64,000 nt of DNA from Escherichia coli (GTDB lineage Bacteria > Pseudomonadota > Gammaproteobacteria > Enterobacterales > Enterobacteriaceae). This document shows, one piece after another, positions 31,394 to 44,277 of the stretch. Under the pieces are notes generated by a model. That model worked only from the letters and a program-made list of their open reading frames with translations, was not told the DNA's origin and made no database searches. How positions within the stretch are numbered: position 1 is the stretch's first letter; each line of letters starts with the position of its first letter. The DNA is taken from assembly GCF_003334785.1 (NCBI RefSeq), contig NZ_QOWV01000012.1. One strand, 5' to 3'. Position numbers and translations under genes: made by a program.

Positions 31394-31855
31394 TTAAACA
31401 ATAAGCTGCATAACCCAGATCGACAGCAATGCGTTAATCACGCAGACCGTAATGATATGCGGGTAATATTTGGCATTCACTTCGGCTGTCCCCAGGCAGC
31501 GACCGACATTTTGCACCGGGTTGCCCATTAAATACATCGCGGGCAGTAAAACGGTGACATCGTGACCGGTTAATGCGCCGGCGGTCGCCAGACTGGCGGC
31601 AACACCGACTGCGCCGCCCATACTCATTAATGCGGCTAAAAGGACGGTTGCCGCTTCACCGGGTAATCCCCACAGCGCCATTACGGGTTCACAGATATGC
31701 CCCACCCAGTCGAGCAGGCCGGTAATTTTCAGCGCCTGAATGATGACAAACGCCATCACCACGTTTGGCAGCAGGTTGGTCGTGGCGATAGTAAAGCCAC
31801 GGCGCGCACCATCGATAAACATATCCATGACATTTTTGCGGACCTGAGTTGTCAT
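31394..31855 (-). CDS. yjiG: inner membrane protein YjiG
   Basis: 153-aa hydrophobic ORF, 4-bp overlap with yjiH. Confidence 0.8.
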   Translation of the reverse strand: MTTQVRKNVMDMFIDGARRGFTIATTNLLPNVVMAFVIIQALKITGLLDWVGHICEPVMALWGLPGEAATVLLAALMSMGGAVGVAASLATAGALTGHDVTVLLPAMYLMGNPVQNVGRCLGTAEVNAKYYPHIITVCVINALLSIWVMQLIV

Positions 31856-32547
31856 GCTTGCGCTCCTTGCGTTGGGTTGCGACGTTCTTCGAAGTTAAGC
31901 CAGACGCGCAAAATGTTGGCTCCGACAAATTTAAACACCAGGATGACGGCTAAAGGTACGATTACGGACGTGCCCAGAAAGGCAAACACCGCGACGCCGG
32001 AAGAGAAGTAGTTGGTGATGATGGCGCTACCGCTGGTTTGATATGCGGCGAAAATCACTTTATCGCGTTCGGTAATTTCACCTTCCTGCGCCAGCTCTTT
32101 GGTCATACCGGCGGCGGCATCCGTGTTTTGCAGGTTAGCGATCAGCGCCAGCGAGCAGATCCCTGGAATGCCCAACAACGGTTTTAGCACAGGTGTCATT
32201 AACTGCTGCGCGGCGCGTAATCCACCAAGACCATCGGTAATTGAAATAATCCCCAGAGAGAGAATGACTGACGGTGCCAGCTCCAGCGCAAAGAGAAAGC
32301 CATCTTTAGCCCCCGCGCCACCCGCCCCGCGAAATGAGGTGGTGGCTCCATTCGCACCAGGCAGTTGCCCAAACGATCCGTTCAGAACGGAAAAATCAAA
32401 AACGCGCCACCAACTGTCTGTCCCGGAAAAAACACCGGAAAAAAAGATTATGGTGAGAAAAAAAGCCAGATACCCTTTAATGCCCACTTTTTCTGTCGCC
32501 AGCTCCCCGGCTACAGCATCCCCTTGTTGTGTCATAACAATCCCCAT
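31852..32547 (-). CDS. yjiH: inner membrane protein YjiH
   Basis: 231-aa hydrophobic ORF upstream of yjiG in the same operon. Confidence 0.8.
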   Translation of the reverse strand: MGIVMTQQGDAVAGELATEKVGIKGYLAFFLTIIFFSGVFSGTDSWWRVFDFSVLNGSFGQLPGANGATTSFRGAGGAGAKDGFLFALELAPSVILSLGIISITDGLGGLRAAQQLMTPVLKPLLGIPGICSLALIANLQNTDAAAGMTKELAQEGEITERDKVIFAAYQTSGSAIITNYFSSGVAVFAFLGTSVIVPLAVILVFKFVGANILRVWLNFEERRNPTQGAQA

Positions 32548-32784
32548 TGTTTTTTTGTGTTTGTGTGTTGCTTGAGCCAGGAAAATTCCTGGAGCGGAAA
32601 AACCTTATCAGCCATGTGGGTATGGGGAAAATGCAAGTATGTTTCTGGCTATGCGTTTTTTGCATAGCGGAAAAATTACGCTGTGTGGAAAAGGCTCTGC
32701 GCAGGATTGAGTTGCAGAAAATTCATAAACCCAGTGACAATGACATCAGTAAATAAAAACAGAAAATCCAGGGACGAAAACGAG

Positions 32785-33339
32785 ATGGCAAAGTACAACG
32801 AAAAAGAGCTGGCGGATACGAGCAAGTTTTTAAGTTTTGTCCTCCGACACAAACCGGAGGCGATTGGTATCGTACTTGACCGTGAAGGATGGGCGGATAT
32901 CGATAAGCTTATACTCTGTGCCCAAAAAGCGGGCAAGCGGTTAACCCGTGCATTGCTGGATACCGTGGTCGCTACCAGTGATAAAAAACGTTTTAGTTAT
33001 TCCAGTGATGGTAGGTGCATCCGCGCGGTTCAGGGGCATTCGACTTCGCAGGTCGCTATTTCCTTTGTCGAAAAAACACCGCCACAGTTTCTCTACCACG
33101 GTACGGCAAGCCGTTTCCTTGATGAGATAAAAAAACAGGGGCTGATTGCAGGGGATCGTCATTACGTGCATCTCTCTGCTGATGAAGCAACGGCACGCAA
33201 AGTGGGAGCAAGACACGGATCGCCGGTTATCTTAACCGTCAAAGCACAGGAAATGGCGAAACGAGGTATCCCTTTCTGGCAAGCGGAAAACGGAGTCTGG
33301 CTGACATCAACGGTTGCGGTCGAATTTCTTGAGTGGTAA
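32785..33339 (+). CDS. kptA: RNA 2'-phosphotransferase KptA (Tpt1 family)
   Basis: [42 protein letters not shown]...; 184 aa from the internal Met. Confidence 0.85.
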   Translation: MAKYNEKELADTSKFLSFVLRHKPEAIGIVLDREGWADIDKLILCAQKAGKRLTRALLDTVVATSDKKRFSYSSDGRCIRAVQGHSTSQVAISFVEKTPPQFLYHGTASRFLDEIKKQGLIAGDRHYVHLSADEATARKVGARHGSPVILTVKAQEMAKRGIPFWQAENGVWLTSTVAVEFLEW

Positions 33340-33351
33340 GGGAAACACTCC

Positions 33352-34530
33352 TCATGAAGTGACCACTTGCAGCTTAAATAATTGTACTGTGCTGATAAGC
33401 GCAGCAATAAACAACGCCGCCGCGCCGCAGAGAGTGGCGCCGGCAAGCGCCGATGTTCCATTGCCGAGCATACTGGTCAGCGCCGGGCCGAGGATTTGTC
33501 CAATGCCGTAAATGAGCGTCACAAAGCCTAAAAGATTGAGATTTCCCGGAACGCTCAGTTGGCGGGCGATAGTCATCACCAGAGATGTCGTGCCCATAAA
33601 GGTACCGCCAAAACCGATACTACTAATGATAAGCAAGAGAGGAGAGTCGCTGGCGAGAGTAAGCAGCACACTGATAGCCTGCACCAGCAAATTCGCCGTC
33701 AGGCAAGGCAAAGCCCCCCAACGTTTTGCTGCCCATAGCCAGCCAAAGCAGCCTGGCACAATTGATAAGCCGACTAACGTCCAGAGATGGGCGGTTAACA
33801 ATGGTGAGCCTGCATCTTTCGCCATGAGCGGCAGGTAAGTCGCGACGATGATATAACCAAATCCCGCCAGGCCGTACAGAATAGCCAGTAACCACCAGCT
33901 CATTATCTGTTGCTCCGTTTTTGCCAATGGCATTGGTGCGATGGCGTGTTTTTTCGAGGGCATTAAAAGCGTAAGTGCAATCAGCATCATGCCAGAAAGC
34001 GCCCCGGCGCCTTGCCATAACGTTTGCGAGGATAAGGCAAAATGCAGGCCTGCCAGAACATATTCGTTGCCCAGTGCAATGCCAATGCCAACGCCAGAAA
34101 ACAAAGCTGCCAGCACAAAAGGATGGCGCGTGTGCTGCATAATCAGCGTCGAACCAAAAATCAGCATACCGGCGCTGGCGACACCCGCCAGGAAGCGAAT
34201 CAATAACACCAGAATAAATGGCGGCAACCATGCCATTGCGAGGATCAACAACCCGCTCGCCAGGGCAGAAACCAACAGAAATGGGCGCAGGCGCGACGGC
34301 TGGTGAAATGCGCCAAACGAAAATAGCAGACTGCCAGCCAGATACCCCGCATAGTTGCCGCTGGCAATCCACGAGAGCTGGCTAAATGAAAACGCCCCTT
34401 CCGCCATCATGACGGGCAACATAGGCGTATAAAGGAAGCGACCTAATCCCATACCTAAGGTCAGAACCAGCATCCCGAAAAGCGCGGTGCTGAAAGAAAA
34501 GCGTTCTACGGGATGCGAGGACGAAGGCAT
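33352..34530 (-). CDS. yjiJ: MFS transporter YjiJ
   Basis: 392 aa, multi-span hydrophobic profile. Confidence 0.8.
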   Translation of the reverse strand: MPSSSHPVERFSFSTALFGMLVLTLGMGLGRFLYTPMLPVMMAEGAFSFSQLSWIASGNYAGYLAGSLLFSFGAFHQPSRLRPFLLVSALASGLLILAMAWLPPFILVLLIRFLAGVASAGMLIFGSTLIMQHTRHPFVLAALFSGVGIGIALGNEYVLAGLHFALSSQTLWQGAGALSGMMLIALTLLMPSKKHAIAPMPLAKTEQQIMSWWLLAILYGLAGFGYIIVATYLPLMAKDAGSPLLTAHLWTLVGLSIVPGCFGWLWAAKRWGALPCLTANLLVQAISVLLTLASDSPLLLIISSIGFGGTFMGTTSLVMTIARQLSVPGNLNLLGFVTLIYGIGQILGPALTSMLGNGTSALAGATLCGAAALFIAALISTVQLFKLQVVTS

Positions 34531-34597
34531 GTTTAACCTTGTATGTCATTTTTGTTGTTAACAAGTTAATAACAAAAAGGTGAAATATGCCAGCCTG

Positions 34598-37705
<3,108 letters not shown>

Positions 37706-37820
37706 GATTTTCCTTCCCCGTACCACGGGAGATAATGAAAAGAGGCCACATTATTACCATTCTTTTAGTGTGGTTTATTTGATCTCTCTCGCGGTTAGCC
37801 ACTTAGTTTTTCATGGATTT

Positions 37821-39101
37821 CTAAAAATTGCCGAGGGGGAACAAGGCCGGTAGCTGCGACAGCAAATATAAAATTAGCCCAATACAACCGCCGACCAGCG
37901 TACCGTTGACACGGATAAACTGCAGATCTTTGCCGATATTTAACTCGATTTGCCGCGACATATCCCGCGCATCCCAGCTTTTTACCGTGTCGCTGATATG
38001 GCGCGTCAGGAATGCGGAAAACTCAGGCGCGACGCGGTGCGCGGCTTGTTCCAGATGACCATTTAACGACGCCCGCAAGGCATCATCGGCAATTAACGTT
38101 TCGCCAAACCATTGACCCGCCCGCGCGATACGTTCTTTCACACGAGAATCTTCACTGTTGATATCCACTTTCAGCCATTCCCGTAAATCCCCCCACAATT
38201 CACTGAGATAGCGGTTAAAAGCTTCATCTTCTTTCAGATAACTTTTTACGGCATCGGCTCGCGCTGCCATTTCAGGATCGTTTTTCAACTTGTCGATCAG
38301 GGCAAAGGTGGCGCGATCAAATGCATGGCGGATCTGATGCGCACGATCGCGGCTGATATCATCAAGCAAAGAATTCACCGCGTCAGAAACCAACTCCGCG
38401 CTATGTTCGCCCAGCCATTCAGTAGGCAAAATTTTGGCTTTCAGCGGATGCTCGCTCTCCAGCCAGCGAACAATTTGCTGGGCAATAAACTTGCGCGATT
38501 TATCGCGCTGGAGAAGGGCGATCAACTGTGCGATCAGCGTATCCAGCAGCACCTGATGACGATTGTTTTTGGTCATACTCTCCAGCATCAACGCACTGGT
38601 TCCGGAAAGATCGACCTTATCAATCGCCCGATGGACCGCGCGCTTAAGCAGGCGCTGAATACGCGCATCATCGGTCAGTTCAAGAAAACCGCTCATGATC
38701 TGCAACAGATGCTGACCAACGCGGCGGGCGTTCTCCGGCTGACTAAACCAGTTGCCAATCAACAACGCCGGTTCGTGACGTCGAATCAATGCCACCAGCG
38801 ACTGGGTATCGAGAAATTTTTCCTGCACGAACTGACCGAGATTTTCGCCAATCCGGTCTTTATTACGCGGGATAATCGCCGTATGACGAGAAATGATCGG
38901 AATCGGCACGCGGCGAAACAGCGCCACCACCGCAAACCAGTCCGCCAGCGCGCCGACCATCGCCGCTTCAGCAATCGCCTTCACGCCGCTCACCCAAAAA
39001 TTGGGCGGCAAAAACAGCGTAACGACAAAGGTAGCAGCGGCGATAAGCAGTAAAGAGAGCGCCAACATTTTGGCGCGTCTGAGTTCAATGAGTTTATTCA
39101 T
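37821..39101 (-). CDS. yjiN: inner membrane protein YjiN (DUF445)
   Basis: 426-aa ORF with N-terminal transmembrane segments; synteny. Confidence 0.8.
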   Translation of the reverse strand: MNKLIELRRAKMLALSLLLIAAATFVVTLFLPPNFWVSGVKAIAEAAMVGALADWFAVVALFRRVPIPIISRHTAIIPRNKDRIGENLGQFVQEKFLDTQSLVALIRRHEPALLIGNWFSQPENARRVGQHLLQIMSGFLELTDDARIQRLLKRAVHRAIDKVDLSGTSALMLESMTKNNRHQVLLDTLIAQLIALLQRDKSRKFIAQQIVRWLESEHPLKAKILPTEWLGEHSAELVSDAVNSLLDDISRDRAHQIRHAFDRATFALIDKLKNDPEMAARADAVKSYLKEDEAFNRYLSELWGDLREWLKVDINSEDSRVKERIARAGQWFGETLIADDALRASLNGHLEQAAHRVAPEFSAFLTRHISDTVKSWDARDMSRQIELNIGKDLQFIRVNGTLVGGCIGLILYLLSQLPALFPLGNF

Positions 39102-39141
39102 AACGTTAAGAATAGAGCCTGACGGCAGGATCGCGCAAAAA

Positions 39142-40374
39142 TCACCGCTCCTCCGCCAGCTCGGCAGCCTGATGTTGGCGCACGCGATTGAGCAATCCTG
39201 CCAGGGTGAAAACGACGATAACGCCCGCCACGACGGCTAACAGATGAAACGGCAAGCGACCGCCGTTAAACCACAGCCAGCGGCCGATTTCGACCGAGAC
39301 AGACATCACCATCAGGATCACCATATTCAGCGATGCGGAGACGGTCCCTTTCGGTAAGTTATTGGAAAAAAGCGTAAAGCGGAATAAGGTCGGGAAGATC
39401 AAACCAATCCCGAAAGCATACAGACTGGTGCCCAGCACCGACCACAGCCAGACGTGCGGTGACAGCAGATTGCCGATAATCAACAGCGCGAGGCCGACCA
39501 GTTGAATGGGTACGGCACGCCAGATAAAGCGCGGTTCGGTCGGATCTTTAACGAAACGCGCCACGATGGCATTCGCGACAATCACCGCGCCGAACACCGG
39601 AACCTGTGTCCAGGCGAACTGCGAAGTTGTTAAGCCGCCCGCGTCGATCAGGATCACCGGCGAGACAGCCACCCAACTCATCATTGGGATATAGCTTAAA
39701 GAGATGGTTGCTGCGCCAAAGAGGAACAGCCGATTGCAAAAGACATTACGAAAATCGCGCAAGACGCTTTTGGCGCTAAATGGAACCGCGCCGCGCTTCA
39801 CCGTCTCTGGCATCGCCAGCAGTAAGCCAACAAATGAGATAAAACCCATAACCGCAATGATGGCAAAAAGGACTTTCCAGTGCACAAAGTGCATCAGAGC
39901 TGCGCCGGAAAGCGGGCCAATAATCGGCGCAATCAGTACGATGGAGGTGATAATCGCCATCAACTTAATCCCTTTTGTCTGTCCGAACGCCTCCTGCACC
40001 GTGACATAACCAACGGTAGCAATAAAACAGATACTGGTGCCCTGAATTGCACGCGCGATAAGAAACTGTGTCATAGACGTGGTGAACATTGTCGCAGCGC
40101 AGGCAAGGGTAAATATTAGCGCCCCGGTAATCAGCACCGGCCTGCGGCCAATCCTGTCGGAAAGTGGCCCCAGCAGCCACTGCAACGCCATACCGCCAGC
40201 GAGATAGAGACTGACGGCTGCCGGGGCCAGACTGACATCGGCATTAAAATCACGGACCACATTAATGATCCCCGGCTGGATCAGATCCGTCGACAGGTAC
40301 GCGGCAAAGTCATACAAAATCAACGCCATCGGGAAAAACAGCGTGGCGGCATGGCGGGCAAAAAAACGTGGCAT
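39142..40374 (-). CDS. mdtM: MFS multidrug efflux transporter MdtM
   Basis: [43 protein letters not shown]...; 410 aa from the internal Met. Confidence 0.85.
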   Translation of the reverse strand: MPRFFARHAATLFFPMALILYDFAAYLSTDLIQPGIINVVRDFNADVSLAPAAVSLYLAGGMALQWLLGPLSDRIGRRPVLITGALIFTLACAATMFTTSMTQFLIARAIQGTSICFIATVGYVTVQEAFGQTKGIKLMAIITSIVLIAPIIGPLSGAALMHFVHWKVLFAIIAVMGFISFVGLLLAMPETVKRGAVPFSAKSVLRDFRNVFCNRLFLFGAATISLSYIPMMSWVAVSPVILIDAGGLTTSQFAWTQVPVFGAVIVANAIVARFVKDPTEPRFIWRAVPIQLVGLALLIIGNLLSPHVWLWSVLGTSLYAFGIGLIFPTLFRFTLFSNNLPKGTVSASLNMVILMVMSVSVEIGRWLWFNGGRLPFHLLAVVAGVIVVFTLAGLLNRVRQHQAAELAEER

Positions 40375-40840
40375 AACAAACAACTCCTTGTCCGGAGAAC
40401 CCCAATGGGGAAAACGAAATTCAATACCGTCGGTAATGACGAAAGGCAGGCGAGAAGGACAAATGTACTGAATTTCATGTAATCAACCACTCTGCCTGTG
40501 AACACACAGACAGAGAAATACCTTCTGATTCCAGGTCAGAATGTATAACGATTACAAATAGTCATCAGCACATTACACCTCTTGAATTGATGGGTTGCAT
40601 AGAAAATATACACCTTAAGTGTAATTAAAATTTGCGGTTAATCAAAAGAGCGCGGTGGAAAGGGGAATATCTGCCGGGTACAGGAAATGTAAAACGCGAG
40701 CCTGTTTCCGGAAAAATGTATCGTTTGCAGACGAACAAAAATAGCCTGGAAAGCGCCTCGGGGAACGAGAAATTGCCGGGTGAGAATGGTTTTGTTAGTC
40801 GCTAAAGTCGGGCCATCTTATCAACAGGTGACGGATCGCC

Positions 40841-41785
40841 ATGACAAACTTCACGACCAGCACGCCGCATGACGCATTGTTTAAATCTTTTCTCACGCAT
40901 CCGGATACCGCGCGGGATTTTATGGAGATCCACTTACCTAAAGATTTACGTGAACTGTGCGATCTCGACAGCTTAAAACTTGAATCCGCCAGCTTTGTCG
41001 ATGAAAAATTGCGGGCGCTACATTCCGATATTCTGTGGTCGGTAAAGACCCGCGAAGGCGATGGCTATATTTATGTGGTGATTGAACATCAGAGCCGCGA
41101 GGATATTCATATGGCCTTTCGCCTGATGCGCTATTCTATGGCGGTGATGCAGCGCCATATCGAGCATGATAAACGCCAGCCGCTACCGCTGGTCATCCCG
41201 ATGCTGTTTTATCACGGTAGCCGTAGTCCTTACCCCTGGTCCCTGTGCTGGCTGGACGAATTTGCCGACCCGACTACCGCACGGAAAGTTTATACCGCCG
41301 CGTTCCCGCTGGTGGATGTCACTGTCGTGCCAGACGACGAGATTGTGCAGCACCGCAGAGTCGCTCTGTTGGAGTTGATCCAAAAGCATATTCGCCAGCG
41401 CGATCTGATGGAGCTTATCGATCAACTGGCAGTATTACTGGTTACAGGGTGCGCTAATGACAGCCAGATAACCGCGCTGTTAAATTACATTTTACTGACT
41501 GGCGATGAAGCGCGTTTTAAGGCGTTTATCAGCGAACTTACCAGGCGAATGCCACACCACAGGGAGCGAATAATGACAATTGCAGAGCGAATTCATAATG
41601 ATGGATGGCTGTTGGGAAGGGAGAAAGGGAAAGAAGAAGGGGAACAGCGCCTCCTCCGATTGTTGTTGCAGAATGGGGCAGATCCTGAATGGATACAAAA
41701 GATTACCGGACTTTCGGCAGAGCAAATGCAGGCATTAGAGCAGCCCTTGCCTGAAAGCAAGCGCGAACCATGGATCGAATACTAA
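40841..41785 (+). CDS. rpnD: recombination-promoting nuclease RpnD (YhgA-like PD-(D/E)XK family), intact 314-aa frame
   Basis: Single uninterrupted [69 protein letters not shown]...; YhgA-like family features. Confidence 0.75.
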   Translation: MTNFTTSTPHDALFKSFLTHPDTARDFMEIHLPKDLRELCDLDSLKLESASFVDEKLRALHSDILWSVKTREGDGYIYVVIEHQSREDIHMAFRLMRYSMAVMQRHIEHDKRQPLPLVIPMLFYHGSRSPYPWSLCWLDEFADPTTARKVYTAAFPLVDVTVVPDDEIVQHRRVALLELIQKHIRQRDLMELIDQLAVLLVTGCANDSQITALLNYILLTGDEARFKAFISELTRRMPHHRERIMTIAERIHNDGWLLGREKGKEEGEQRLLRLLLQNGADPEWIQKITGLSAEQMQALEQPLPESKREPWIEY

Positions 41786-41809
41786 TCAGAGGCTGATGAC
41801 AAACGCAAA

Positions 41810-41912
41810 GCAGCCTGATGTGCTACGCTTATCAGGTCTACATAACCCATTAAATATATTGAACTTTAAAAATTTTGTAGACCTGGTAAGGCGTTCACAT
41901 AGCATCCGGCAT
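41810..41912. repeat. REP/BIME cluster between rpnD and yjiR
   Basis: gcctgatgtgctacgcttatcaggtctac and gtagacctggtaaggcgttcacatagcatccggca palindromic units. Confidence 0.55.
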
Positions 41913-42027
41913 GAACAAAGCGCACTTTGCCTAAGCCATGCTGTAACGTGGCGATGACCCTGCAAAGATAAAACGAGTTACAGGCGATTCGTGAGAGTAA
42001 ATCAGGGGCCTCGGCACTAATTCGAAT

Positions 42028-43440
42028 TTATTCCATTGCCCGATACACGGCATCGCCAATTTGCTTTAGTGCTTCGCGATAGGTTTCGCTGAGCGGCAAA
42101 GCGCAGTTGATGCGCAGACAATTACGGTATTTGCCGGAAGCCGAGAAAATCGAGCCTGCTGCCACCTGGATTTTCATGCGGTACAGCTGCCGCGCGACGC
42201 AGACCATATCGACCTGTTCAGGCAATTCGATCCACAGTAAAAATCCGCCTTTCGGGCGCGTAATACAGATTTCGCAGGGAAAATATTCCCGTATCCAGCA
42301 GGTATAAAGCGCCAGATTGCGCTGATAAGTCTGCCGCATCCGCCGGATATGGCGATGATAGTGACCTTCCAGCACAAACGTTGCCGCCGCCATTTGCGTG
42401 GACGGCACATTAAAGCTGCTGATGGCGTATTTCATATGCATCAGTTTATCGTGATAACGCCCCGGTGCGACCCAACCCACGCGCAGGCCTGGTGCAATGC
42501 TTTTACTGAACGAGCTGCACAACAGCACTCGCCCGTCGATATCCCAGGAATGAATGGTCCGCGGGCGCGGATACTCCGTTGCCAGTTCGCCGTAGACATC
42601 ATCTTCAAAAATCACAATATCATGACGCTGAGCGAGAGAGAGAACGGCCCGTTTGCGCGCGTCCGGCATAATAAATCCCAGCGGATTATTACAGTTTGGC
42701 ACCAGAATGATGCCTTTAATCGGCCACTGTTCCAGCGCCAGTTCCAGCGCTTCAACGCTGATGCCAGTTTCTGGATCGGTTGGGATTTCAATCACTTTCA
42801 CGCCCATACCGCGCAGCATCTGCATCGAACCGTAATAACAGGGGGATTCGACCGCGACAATATCGCCCGGTTTACACACCGCCATTAACGCCAGCGACAT
42901 CGAGTTATGGCAGCCGCTGGTGATAATGATGTCATCGGCGGTGACCACCGAGCCGCTGTCGAGCATCAGGCGGGCAACCTGCTCACGCAATACCCGCTGA
43001 CCGGCTAACAAGTCATAACCGAGAACGGTTTGCAGATTATGCTGCACCACCCGGCTTAGCTCCCGCCACAGCGGTTTCAGGCTGGGCGTTTCGACATCCG
43101 GCGTGCTTTTGCTTAACGGAACAATGGAACTGTCGCTATGCGCTTCCAGCATATCCAGCACCTGATCCCACTGGGTAATTTCCACCGGACGCTGCACCGG
43201 ACGCGTCATTGGTGGCACTGGCGGCTGGGCTTTACGTTGTGCGACAAAATAACCCGAACGCGGCTGTGGGGTGATGAGCTTCATCGTCTCCAGCGTCTGA
43301 TACGCCTGCTGCACGGTGCTGATGCTGACGCCGTGCTTCTGGCTTAAGCTGCGCACCGACGGCAATTTCTCCCCGTGACGATACAGCCCTTGCTCAATCC
43401 GCTCGGCAAGTAGAGTCGCCAGATGTTGATAACGCGTCAT
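42028..43440 (-). CDS. yjiR: MocR/GntR-family regulator with aminotransferase-like domain YjiR
   Basis: 470 aa; N-terminal GntR helix-turn-helix (LPSVRSLSQKHGVSISTVQQAYQTLE) plus PLP-fold domain. Confidence 0.85.
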   Translation of the reverse strand: MTRYQHLATLLAERIEQGLYRHGEKLPSVRSLSQKHGVSISTVQQAYQTLETMKLITPQPRSGYFVAQRKAQPPVPPMTRPVQRPVEITQWDQVLDMLEAHSDSSIVPLSKSTPDVETPSLKPLWRELSRVVQHNLQTVLGYDLLAGQRVLREQVARLMLDSGSVVTADDIIITSGCHNSMSLALMAVCKPGDIVAVESPCYYGSMQMLRGMGVKVIEIPTDPETGISVEALELALEQWPIKGIILVPNCNNPLGFIMPDARKRAVLSLAQRHDIVIFEDDVYGELATEYPRPRTIHSWDIDGRVLLCSSFSKSIAPGLRVGWVAPGRYHDKLMHMKYAISSFNVPSTQMAAATFVLEGHYHRHIRRMRQTYQRNLALYTCWIREYFPCEICITRPKGGFLLWIELPEQVDMVCVARQLYRMKIQVAAGSIFSASGKYRNCLRINCALPLSETYREALKQIGDAVYRAME

Positions 43441-43616
43441 GCTGTATTCCTTATTTGGACCATACAGAGAGAAAAACCGGTACAGATGAGGCTAAAAAAC
43501 CGGATGCAGATGCTGTTTTAACCTGTCTGTATGTTAAATAAAACTAATATTTGCATCTGTATTGTGAACTGCCAGAAGACGGATGATGAAGCCTCTGAAA
43601 GATGAGGAGGCAGCAG

Positions 43617-43781
43617 ATGGAATTTCACGAAAACAAAGCCAAAACGCCGTTTATCGGCCTAGTGCAACTCTGGCAGGAGGTGAGGCGTTGGCGGCGGCAA
43701 ATGCAGACCCGACGAGTGTTACAGCAGATGAGTGATGAACGGTTGAGGGATATCGGGTTACGCAGGGAGGATGTGGAGTGA
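43617..43781 (+). CDS. yjiS: DUF1127 small protein YjiS (54 aa)
   Basis: MEFHENKAKTPFIGLVQLWQEVRRWRRQMQTRRVLQQMSDERLRDIGLRREDVE; GAGGAGG Shine-Dalgarno; below the 60-aa track cutoff, found by manual translation. Confidence 0.8.
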   Translation: MEFHENKAKTPFIGLVQLWQEVRRWRRQMQTRRVLQQMSDERLRDIGLRREDVE

Positions 43782-44277
43782 GGGGGGATATAAATTTATA
43801 TAATAAAACGTTTTTATGTTTTTAAATTAAGTTATAAAAATTTTCCCGAGACTATTCATCAATAGGTATGGAGTGTACAGGAATATCTTCTTCACTAACC
43901 TCTTTAAACTCATGTCGATAATGGTCAAAAAACGCACAGTGATTACTTGTGTTTTTTGACTGACTTTACAACTCTCATTATTCGCTATTGTGAAGTTTCT
44001 CTAATTGTTTTATATCCTGGAAAGTTAAATGTTAGTTACTGCATACTTTTTTATTTTTTGAGATTTATTTTCATTTGAAATTATAAAGTCAGGTGATAAA
44101 TGAGTTGTGATTAATAGATAGTTGATATCATTTTTATCTAAAATTGATTTATGGTGCCGACCTGAAAAATTAGCTATTGCCGCCTGATTAATTATACGAT
44201 ATTTTTAAAGGTTTTCTTTCAAATTAGAAATATTCTGGGGTTTTGTTTTTGTATCTTTTATCTCTAAGGAGCTTGCT

